DNA of 30,104 nucleotides. It comes from a virus. The notes under the pieces are model-generated. The model searched no databases and was not told the origin of the DNA. It was given only the letters and a program-made list of their open reading frames with translations. The position numbers and the translations under genes are program-made. Shown here piece after piece: positions 7,257 to 13,807 of this stretch. Position 1 is the first letter of the stretch, and every line of letters starts with the position of its first letter. The stretch covers positions 1-30,104 of the IMG/VR virus record IMGVR_UViG_3300029521_000019; one strand, 5' to 3'.

Positions 7257-7408
7257 TGAACCAATATTGCTTATCATGCGGGAAAATAAACGATAATCCA
7301 CGCTTTAGATTTTGCTCGAAGTGCGAAAAAGACGAGCGCGCCCGTCACAGGCTAAAGGAGATTGGTGTAAAAGATGCAGCAAGACCCAGCAAGCGAGCAA
7401 GCGCTTAA
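7256..7408 (+). CDS. Possible 50-aa zinc-ribbon micro-protein. Absent from the ORF track.
   Basis: MNQYCLSCGKINDNPRFRFCSKCEKDERARHRLKEIG... has CxxC-N11-CxxC. Its ATG overlaps the MTase stop, and its 3' end overlaps the next gene by 35 nt in another frame. Confidence 0.3.
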   Translation: MNQYCLSCGKINDNPRFRFCSKCEKDERARHRLKEIGVKDAARPSKRASA

Positions 7409-8522
7409 CGGCGCTGCCGATAGCGTAGAGAGCGCCGCAACAGCCATCGAGCTTGCGGCGCTCGGCGTTGTTGCGGCGGCATTAGGCTCTATTACAGCAT
7501 CAACGACGTATGCAAAGATGCGAGCGCAAGAAGCACGAGACTTAAAGGCCATCGAGCAAGCGTTAAAGCGCGGTAACAAGCTGCTTAAAGCACAGAGCGG
7601 CAAGCTACTGGACAAAATGGCAGACGCTACAGACGATTGGGCTGCAAAATACTACACCGCTGCGAGCAAGAAGCAGATCAAGGCGGCACAGAACGCGAAC
7701 ATAAGGCCAACGCTTGACGCTGGTAAGAAAGCCAACGACAAAGTAATTGACAGCTTATGCCGCACGTCGGTAATGCAGATCGTTTCGCCAGATGGTAAGT
7801 TATTGCCGATTGCAAAGGCGTACCGCGCTCATGTCGACAACGCGATACTGGCAATGTCGCAAGGCGAGCAGACTTATCAGACGGCGATAGCTAAGGCTGT
7901 CAACGACCTAGCTTCGTACGGCCTGCGAGTGCGCTACGAGAGCGGCGTTACACGCGAACTATACGCGGCTGTGCGCACTAACGTCATGGACGGTTACCGG
8001 GTCACAATGGACGGCATACGAGCCGCGCAGGGTCGCGAGTTCGGCGCGGACGGCGTTGAAGTCACGGCTCATGGGCTATGCGCTCCAGACCACCAACCGT
8101 ACCAGGGCAAACAATACAGCAAGCGAGATTTCGATAGGCTTAACGCATCGCTAGACAGGCCGCTTGTTACAGGCGCGAATTGCCACCACACGACTTTTCC
8201 GGTTATTCTAGGCGTGAGCAGCGACAAATACACCGACGACCAGCTGCAAGATATTATCGACCGCAGCAATGCAGAGGTTACTTTTAACGGTTTAAGCGGC
8301 AAACAGATGACCATGAGCCGCTACGAAGCGACCCAATACCAACGCAAGGTAGAGGGAGCCATACGTCAGAACAACATGGCGGCGAGCCTCGCTGATAGTG
8401 CGTCAGCATCGACCGACGCAAAGCGCAAAGCACGCGAGCTAACGGCATATTATAAGGCCATGAGCAAAGATTCCGGCCTGACGACAAGAATCGAACGAAC
8501 GCAAGCATATACGCTTAAATAG
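7374..8522 (+). CDS. Head morphogenesis / minor capsid protein (SPP1 gp7 / Mu F-like)
   Basis: GADGVEVTAHGLCAPDHQPYQGKQYS is the characteristic MuF/gp7 motif. The gene sits after the portal in the head module. Confidence 0.8.
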   Translation: MQQDPASEQALNGAADSVESAATAIELAALGVVAAALGSITASTTYAKMRAQEARDLKAIEQALKRGNKLLKAQSGKLLDKMADATDDWAAKYYTAASKKQIKAAQNANIRPTLDAGKKANDKVIDSLCRTSVMQIVSPDGKLLPIAKAYRAHVDNAILAMSQGEQTYQTAIAKAVNDLASYGLRVRYESGVTRELYAAVRTNVMDGYRVTMDGIRAAQGREFGADGVEVTAHGLCAPDHQPYQGKQYSKRDFDRLNASLDRPLVTGANCHHTTFPVILGVSSDKYTDDQLQDIIDRSNAEVTFNGLSGKQMTMSRYEATQYQRKVEGAIRQNNMAASLADSASASTDAKRKARELTAYYKAMSKDSGLTTRIERTQAYTLK

Positions 8523-8644
8523 TTCAGTTTTCAAGGTACAAAAGGTCATCAAACATTAAAACACACCCTTAGAACGGCTTACAGCAAGCCGATGACCTGC
8601 GGTTATACAAAACAAAAAATTAAGGCAAAACTTGCGAAAATATG

Positions 8645-8680
8645 TTGACGTGTATCTAATACGTGTATATAATGATATAC
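8645..8680 (+). promoter_or_regulatory. Promoter (TTGACG-17-TATAAT) with an overlapping palindromic operator GTATATAATGATATAC
   Basis: The -35 is at 8645..8650 and the -10 at 8668..8673. The operator (8665..8680) matches the operator core at 27766..27781 and 29684..29699 at 15 of 16 positions. Confidence 0.6.
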
Positions 8681-8724
8681 GTCGAAGCAAGCAAGGAACT
8701 AAACTATGGATTGGAGTGGTAATC

Positions 8725-8814
8725 ATGCCGGAAGAATGGAGCATGGCGCGTAAAGTTGCTACATGGTTATTTATTATAGCCTTGCCGTTTCTCGGAAGCT
8801 TGGACTCGTTTTAG
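8725..8814 (+). CDS. Possible 29-aa membrane micro-peptide
   Basis: MPEEWSMARKVATWLFIIALPFLGSLDSF follows GGAG by 8 nt and has one hydrophobic segment. The longer track ORF from 8632 starts upstream of, and runs through, the promoter. Confidence 0.25.
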   Translation: MPEEWSMARKVATWLFIIALPFLGSLDSF

Positions 8815-8832
8815 AATACGAAAGGAACCATC

Positions 8833-9138
8833 ATGCAGTACACGACTGAAGAACTTCAAACTACTCTTGATCTCCACAAAAAATGGCTATACAACAAGGA
8901 AGAAGGAAAACGCGCTGACATGCGCTTCGCTGACCTGCGCTTCGCTGACCTGCGCTTCGCTGACCTGCGCTTCGCTGACCTGCGCGACGCTGACCTGCGC
9001 GGCGCTGACCTGCGCTTCGCTAACCTGCGCGGCGCTGACATTAGCGACGCTGACCTGCGCGACGCTAACATGAGTGGCGCTAAAAACATCCCTGAAATAG
9101 CATGTTTTATTACGCGGGCAGAAGCAGAGAATTACTAG
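8833..9138 (+). CDS. Pentapeptide-repeat protein
   Basis: There are 11 consecutive A(D/N)LxX pentapeptides (ADMRF ADLRF x3 ADLRD ADLRG ...). The RBS is CGAAAGGAAC. Confidence 0.85.
   Translation: MQYTTEELQTTLDLHKKWLYNKEEGKRADMRFADLRFADLRFADLRFADLRDADLRGADLRFANLRGADISDADLRDANMSGAKNIPEIACFITRAEAENY
8914..9078 (+). repeat. 15-bp tandem repeat (11 units) encoding the pentapeptide repeats
   Basis: GCTGACCTGCGCTTC is repeated exactly three times (8929..8973) and is flanked by diverged copies. Confidence 0.9.
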
Positions 9139-9151
9139 GAGGTGATTCGAT

Positions 9152-9367
9152 ATGACACCACACGAGAAAAACCCGATTTTGTACGCGCCAGAAGAGGGGG
9201 TTGATTATGTAACATGCTGGAATTGCAGGCATGGTTGGCCTCTTTGCAGCGCAAACCACGACAGCCTTGCAACAGACGCTGCATGGTGCGGCAAATACTA
9301 TGAATTGATCGATTATCCGCACGAGCACCTTGCAAACGACGACGCGGAATGTTGGGAATCACTATGA
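9152..9367 (+). CDS. Hypothetical small Cys-containing protein
   Basis: A strong RBS (TAGGAGGTGA) lies 6 nt upstream. The 71-aa product was not recognised. Confidence 0.55.
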   Translation: MTPHEKNPILYAPEEGVDYVTCWNCRHGWPLCSANHDSLATDAAWCGKYYELIDYPHEHLANDDAECWESL

Positions 9368-9408
9368 CGTGCATCTTTTTGTTGTGCGCTTAAACCGAAA
9401 GGAACATT

Positions 9409-10098
9409 ATGAGTGATGGTATCGAAAAGCTGAAAGAATGCGCTTACGACATGGATCAGATGCAATGCGATGACGTTTTAGTGTTAGCAGATCAAATCGA
9501 GCGTGAGCATGCATCAGAGTTGCAGGCGATCGAAGCCGAGATGGACAAGCGCCTGATGCCTCCGGGGATGGAGTGGCCGAAAGACCGCAACGAAAACCCG
9601 TTCGACCCTCGCAAGCTGTACGACAGCGGATGCGGAGCCGTTGACTTTGTTCGAATCGGGTTCGTCAACGGCGAGCAATGGGCAAGCGTCGTGTCGCACG
9701 ATGGGAACGATCTTTTGCCCGAAGAGCTTGGCGATTGCGAACCAGAGGTGCTAGGAGCGGATGGCCTGCCGATCAAGGTTGGCGAGACGGTGTGGTACGT
9801 GGGCGAACCCCTAGTGCGCGGAACCGTCGAAGCCGTCGGCGAGGGCGAGGTGATGCTGGCTGGCGACGGCGTGTATGCGCCCTTAGACCTCACCCACACC
9901 CAACCCGACCTTAAACTGCGTAAGTGCCCATTTTGCGGCGGAGAGGCCGACATGGTCGACGAAGGATCCGAGTGCTCGCCTGATCGGTTCTGGGCGTACT
10001 GCACGAATCCCAGCTGCTTCGTCGAAGGGACGGGCGTTTACGCGACGGAAGAGGAAGCCGCGCAAGCATGGAATACCCGCGTAGAATACAATATCTAG
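9409..10098 (+). CDS. Protein with a C-terminal Lar-like (restriction alleviation family) zinc ribbon
   Basis: The C-terminus reads LRKCPFCGGEADMV...YCTNPSCFVEG...ATEEEAAQAWNTR, matching the Lar-family pattern CPFCGG...C..C...eeA..aWN.R. The N-terminal ~165 aa were not recognised. The RBS is CCGAAAGGAAC. Confidence 0.6.
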   Translation: MSDGIEKLKECAYDMDQMQCDDVLVLADQIEREHASELQAIEAEMDKRLMPPGMEWPKDRNENPFDPRKLYDSGCGAVDFVRIGFVNGEQWASVVSHDGNDLLPEELGDCEPEVLGADGLPIKVGETVWYVGEPLVRGTVEAVGEGEVMLAGDGVYAPLDLTHTQPDLKLRKCPFCGGEADMVDEGSECSPDRFWAYCTNPSCFVEGTGVYATEEEAAQAWNTRVEYNI

Positions 10099-10112
10099 GG
10101 AAAGGCAAGACA

Positions 10113-10841
10113 ATGGGCTTCATGGATAAAATTAAACTCGCGTCTTCAGACTTAGCGCAGCAGGCACAAACAAAAGTAGAGAATAATATCGCTGTAAAAA
10201 TGCAAAAACATGAAGAAAAGCAGATCACAAAGAAAGAAATACGCAATTTGCAAAATCTGTTTTCCGCAACTAACAATATGGGAGATATCTCCATAGATAG
10301 CAAGAATTGCCTGTTCAAGGTTAAACATGCCTCATCGAGCATCAAGAAAAAAAGCGGAATAATGGCAAAGACCGGCAAGGTTGTTGCAGCATCCATGACC
10401 GCCGGTGCATCAATAGCAATAGAACAAGCAATGAAGCCAAATGATAAAGTATTTTCGTTTAGCGAGCTTTTAAGCTTCGAGCTTCTCGAAGACGATGCGC
10501 AGGTTGTTGGTTGTGGAGTCGGCATGGCTCTCGTAGGGGGAGCGTTCTTTGGCGTAGGTGGAGCGATAGCAGGTGCAATGACCGGTGGAAAGAAAACGAA
10601 AAAGACCGTCGAAAACCTAGCTTTGAAAATCAATTTGAACGATATCGACTTCCCTTGCGTCATTATCACCTATATCAACAAATCAACGAAAATATCTAGC
10701 AATGAATATCGGAAAGCAATCAGTGTTGCACATGAAACAATATCGTGTCTTAAATTGATTATAGACAGTGTGTCCGCCAACTCAAACGAAGCACGAGCCG
10801 AAAAAACCCACAAGAGCGCACAGGTAGGTACTAGGTATTGA
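10113..10841 (+). CDS. Hypothetical protein with a central glycine-zipper membrane segment
   Basis: ATG 10113 lies within the longer track ORF. It contains GCGVGMALVGGAFFGVGGAIAGAMTGG (GxxxG repeats) flanked by beta-rich segments (DISIDSKNCLFKV, VFSFSELLSFELLEDD). The DNA is clearly AT-rich relative to its neighbours. Confidence 0.55.
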   Translation: MGFMDKIKLASSDLAQQAQTKVENNIAVKMQKHEEKQITKKEIRNLQNLFSATNNMGDISIDSKNCLFKVKHASSSIKKKSGIMAKTGKVVAASMTAGASIAIEQAMKPNDKVFSFSELLSFELLEDDAQVVGCGVGMALVGGAFFGVGGAIAGAMTGGKKTKKTVENLALKINLNDIDFPCVIITYINKSTKISSNEYRKAISVAHETISCLKLIIDSVSANSNEARAEKTHKSAQVGTRY

Positions 10842-10938
10842 CTTTTAGTCTAACCCTAGCTATATCGAAGAAGCAGGAACTTAACAGCAAAACGAACAAT
10901 AAGTAGTTTTGCGTAAGATTAAGGAAGTAGGCTAACTA

Positions 10939-11124
10939 ATGCCTGAGTACATAATCAACACGGCGAGTATGGATATCGACCGAAAGAACGAGATTGTGAG
11001 GTGTCGAGACTGCAAGCTGTGGGCGACAGAGTTGAGATACATTGGTAAATGCACCGGCAAAGACGGAAAAGTAAATCCTAACGGATACTGCGCCTGGGGA
11101 GAGAAACGTGATGTCGATGACTAG
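10939..11124 (+). CDS. Hypothetical small Cys-rich protein
   Basis: The 61-aa product has CxxC...C...C (RCRDCKLW...GKC...YCAWGE). A weak RBS (AAGGAAG) lies upstream. Confidence 0.45.
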   Translation: MPEYIINTASMDIDRKNEIVRCRDCKLWATELRYIGKCTGKDGKVNPNGYCAWGEKRDVDD

Positions 11125-11548
11125 AAGCGTATGCCCAGGCTGCGCCCACGAGCAGGCATGCGGACACGCCGAAGTCCATTCATGTTCAAACAGAGATCCG
11201 ATCGAGAAGGGAACGGGAATGAATCGAGCGCAACGCCGAAAGGCGGGCATAAAGAAGCCGGAGCCTACGTACAATCTCAACGCCCAGCAGCTGGCGGGCA
11301 TGAAGAAGGAAGCGACGAACGAGGCCGTCCACGCGGCGTTCATCCTGATGCTGGCCATACCCGCGATGGTGTTGCACGACAAGTTCGGTCAGCTGATGCC
11401 CAAGGAGGTCGGAGGCAAGAACAGGGAGGAGCGGTTCGTCGACATGTGCGTAGACCTGTACGACAGCTACGTAAAGGGATACGTCACGCTCGACGACCTG
11501 CGCGAGTGGCTGTGGGAGGAGGCCAACACCAAGATCGAGATGACGTGA
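11111..11548 (+). CDS. Hypothetical protein
   Basis: ATG 11111 lies 6 nt after GGGGAGAG. The 145-aa product has an N-terminal Cys/His cluster followed by MNRAQRRKAG. Function is unknown. It is the last gene before the terminator. Confidence 0.5.
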   Translation: MSMTRSVCPGCAHEQACGHAEVHSCSNRDPIEKGTGMNRAQRRKAGIKKPEPTYNLNAQQLAGMKKEATNEAVHAAFILMLAIPAMVLHDKFGQLMPKEVGGKNREERFVDMCVDLYDSYVKGYVTLDDLREWLWEEANTKIEMT

Positions 11549-11592
11549 AGGTCAGCCGGATAGCGGGTAGCATAGCCATAACGTAACGAATG

Positions 11593-11617
11593 GAGCCTTG
11601 GAAACAGGGCTCTTTTT
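11593..11617 (+). terminator. Rho-independent terminator closing the accessory island
   Basis: GAGCCTT / AGGGCTC form a 7-bp stem including one G-U pair, with loop GGAAAC, followed by TTTTT (11613..11617). Confidence 0.7.
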
Positions 11618-11901
11618 CGCTATAATAGTGGCATGCTCACAACATGGCTATATAGCCCGAGGCGTATGCGAACCTGTGACACTCGCGCATACTGGCACCG
11701 AAGGCGTTGAAGATGTTGCCATATTTTTTTTTGGGGTCGAACCCCTATAGGTCTGCATATCAAAAGTCGCAAGCAACATAATCTACCTAGTTGACCGACA
11801 AAGGTTGACGACGAGTGCAGTATCCGCTCCTGATAAACAATACTTATCCTAATGACTAAAATCCATATGAGTTATACCGCATTTATGCGGTGTAACGACG
11901 T

Positions 11902-11940
11902 GGAGGGGAGCGGGAGGGGAGGCCGGAACGTCCTCCCCTC
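11902..11940 (+). other. G-rich direct repeat (GGAGGGGAG / GGAGGGGAG-G) plus a perfect 9-bp hairpin GAGGGGAGG...CCTCCCCTC
   Basis: The arms are 11914..11922 and 11932..11940. A second G-rich copy at 11902..11910 could pair with the same C-rich arm. No T-tract follows. Confidence 0.6.
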
Positions 11941-12038
11941 GCACCGTACAGCAAGGTAGCAGCGTTAGCGTCAACCGGACGGCTTAATAGCTACGGCCAT
12001 AACTCTATGATCGCCCCATGATCGCGTAAAACGCTATG

Positions 12039-12079
12039 CGGTACGATTTTCGTACCGGTGGTACGATTTTCGTACCGGT
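12039..12079. repeat. Two tandem 20-bp units GGTACGATTTTCGTACCGGT, each an inverted repeat
   Basis: 12040..12059 equals 12060..12079. The arms are CGGTACGA / TCGTACCG with a TTT spacer. The units lie about 50 to 90 bp upstream of the late-operon -10. Confidence 0.9.
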
Positions 12080-12127
12080 ATGCCGAATCTAAGCTTCGTA
12101 TACTGTTGATCATGCGTTTACCATATA

Positions 12128-12136
12128 TGCTATAAT
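12128..12136 (+). promoter_or_regulatory. Candidate late-operon promoter, extended -10 TGCTATAAT
   Basis: A perfect TGnTATAAT lies about 90 nt upstream of the scaffold gene start. No clear -35 is present. Confidence 0.5.
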
Positions 12137-12223
12137 TCAGGTAGCATTGCGGCCGCTTGAGCGCCGCCCGTCCATTAGCGCTAGCCACGCTTAAAAGCAG
12201 GCTTTACGGATAGGAGCATCACC

Positions 12224-12796
12224 GTGGAAAACATTCGGGAGATCGTAGCACGCCTAGGGATCGAGTGCGATGCGGCACAACTGGAGAAAGAGGTGCTGGC
12301 TAACTATCGTACTATCGCCGAGGTAGACGGTACGAAGGCCAAGATCGATGCGCTGAACGCCGACATCGAAGCACGCGACGCGCAAATCGCCGACCTGGGC
12401 AAAAAGGTTGACGAGTTGAGCGCTTCCGGTGCAGAGATCGAAGCTCTAAAGGCGCAGGTCGAACAATACCGTGCCAGCGAGCAAGAAGCGAAACAAAAAG
12501 CCGAGGCAGATGCGGCGAAGCAGCAGTTCGAGCAATCGTTCACCGATGCGCTCAAAGATCGCAAGTTCAGCAACGACTTCACCCGCCGAGCCGTCATGGA
12601 GGAAGTGCGCAAGATGCGCGAGACCGACAGCGTAAGCGGCCTCGAAGCGTTGATCGATCAGGTTACCAAGGACGTACCCGATGTGTGGTTCAACCCGAAC
12701 AAGCCCAACCCGCAGACAGTTCCCGCCCCTACTGACAATGCGGCAAAAGTCGAACTTAACAACGTTCGCGAAATCATGGGGCTACCTACAGAATAA
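12224..12796 (+). CDS. Scaffolding protein (GP20-like)
   Basis: GTG start follows AGGAG by 8 nt. The product is a highly charged Ala/Glu/Lys-rich coiled coil and lies immediately upstream of the major capsid gene. Confidence 0.8.
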   Translation: MENIREIVARLGIECDAAQLEKEVLANYRTIAEVDGTKAKIDALNADIEARDAQIADLGKKVDELSASGAEIEALKAQVEQYRASEQEAKQKAEADAAKQQFEQSFTDALKDRKFSNDFTRRAVMEEVRKMRETDSVSGLEALIDQVTKDVPDVWFNPNKPNPQTVPAPTDNAAKVELNNVREIMGLPTE

Positions 12797-12806
12797 GGAG
12801 AAATAA

Positions 12807-13682
12807 ATGGCGAACAGCATCACGAAATTCAAGGCGTACACCTCCATGCTCGACGAGGTCTACAAGCTGGCTTCCCTTACTTCCGTGCTCGACATCAACG
12901 ACGCGATGGTGCAGGCGGGAGCCAACGCTAACGAGATCGTCATCCCTAAGATCAGCATGGACGGAATGGCAGACTACAGCCGTTCGGCTGGATATGTTGG
13001 CGGAGACGTAACGCTCACCAACGAAACCGTTCAGTTCAATTACGATCGTGGACGTTCGTTCACGATCGATTCGATGGACAACGAAGAGACCGCAGGCGTT
13101 GCTTTCGGCCGCCTGTCGTCTGAGTTCATCCGCACTAAGGCGGCTCCGGAGATCGATGCATTCCGCTTTGCCACCTATTGCGGATTGACGGGAATCGGCA
13201 AGGCTACCGCCGCAACTTATGAAACTGCCGATACCGTGCTTGCAGCGATCAACGCGGGCGTTACGTCGCTCGACGAAGCAGAGGTTCCCGACACCGAGCG
13301 CTACCTGTTCATCACGCCGACGCTTTACAATCTTGCGATGAGCGCCGACACCACGAAGAGCAAGGAAATGCTCGACGGGTTCGCGCAGATCACTAAGGTT
13401 CCGCAGAGCCGCTTTTACACGTCGATTGACTTGCTTGACGGCACCACTGATGGCGAGGAAGCAGGCGGCTTCGGCAAGACCGCTACGACGGGCAAAGACA
13501 TCAACTTCATGATCATCCACAAGCCGGCATTGATCCAGTACTCGAAGCACGTCGTGAACAAGGTCGTTACTCCTGAAGAGAACCAGACCTCCGACGGCTG
13601 GAAGTTCTTCTACCGTTCGTATGGCTTGGCCGACGCATGCGAGAACAAGGTTGCCGGCATCTACTTGTCGAACAAGGCTTAG
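12807..13682 (+). CDS. Major capsid protein
   Basis: The 291-aa ORF has an AAGGAG RBS and follows the scaffold gene. MDGMADYSRSAGYVGGDVTLTNETVQFNYDRGRSFTIDSMDNEET is typical of this capsid family. Confidence 0.85.
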   Translation: MANSITKFKAYTSMLDEVYKLASLTSVLDINDAMVQAGANANEIVIPKISMDGMADYSRSAGYVGGDVTLTNETVQFNYDRGRSFTIDSMDNEETAGVAFGRLSSEFIRTKAAPEIDAFRFATYCGLTGIGKATAATYETADTVLAAINAGVTSLDEAEVPDTERYLFITPTLYNLAMSADTTKSKEMLDGFAQITKVPQSRFYTSIDLLDGTTDGEEAGGFGKTATTGKDINFMIIHKPALIQYSKHVVNKVVTPEENQTSDGWKFFYRSYGLADACENKVAGIYLSNKA

Positions 13683-13684
13683 CC

Positions 13685-13807
13685 ATGGCACGAACCGTTG
13701 GGCTGAAAGCCGAACCGAAGCCGAAGCCAGAAGCCGAACCAGAGCCGAAGCAGAAGCCGAAGCCTGCGCAGAAGCCGAAGCCGAAAGAGCAGATCAAGGC
13801 TGACTAA
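13685..13807 (+). CDS. Possible 40-aa (E/K)-P repeat micro-protein. Not in the ORF track in this frame.
   Basis: MARTVGLKAEPKPKPEAEPEPKQKPKPAQKPKPKEQIKAD is encoded by GAAGCC-like hexamer repeats. Its stop overlaps the next start (TAATG). The choice of frame is uncertain. Confidence 0.3.
   Translation: MARTVGLKAEPKPKPEAEPEPKQKPKPAQKPKPKEQIKAD

Noticed and set aside
8543-8598. Long interrupted hairpin after the head-morphogenesis gene: AGGTCATC...GGCTT-ACAGC-AAGCCGATGACCT with a 25-nt bulge
   Set aside because: No T-tract follows, so it is not a canonical terminator. It could be a degenerate terminator or an RNA element, but nothing supports a specific function.
8914-9078. Regularly spaced short direct repeats (15-bp units here, 6-bp units at 2..253) considered as a possible CRISPR-like array
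   Set aside because: The repeats are contiguous with no spacers. They lie inside ORFs and correspond exactly to the peptide periodicity (pentapeptide and dipeptide).
11733-11745. GGGGTCGAACCCC, which resembles a tRNA T-arm or an attP core
   Set aside because: The loop is only 3 to 5 nt, not the 7-nt T-loop. No acceptor, D or anticodon arms can be drawn around it, and the window has no integrase. It is therefore not called a tRNA or att site.
11991-12188. A 65-aa minus-strand ORF in the non-coding region
   Set aside because: It has no SD or promoter upstream of its ATG and runs straight through the tandem palindromes. It is most likely a chance ORF.
12786-13691. A 301-aa minus-strand ORF antisense to the major capsid gene. 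Similar antisense ORFs lie at 9911..10669, 17922..18629, 868..1431, 1338..1781 and 3788..4264.
   Set aside because: Each lies wholly inside a + strand gene with strong functional motifs or context. They have no RBS or promoter, and their sequences are low-complexity or mirror the sense-strand repeats.
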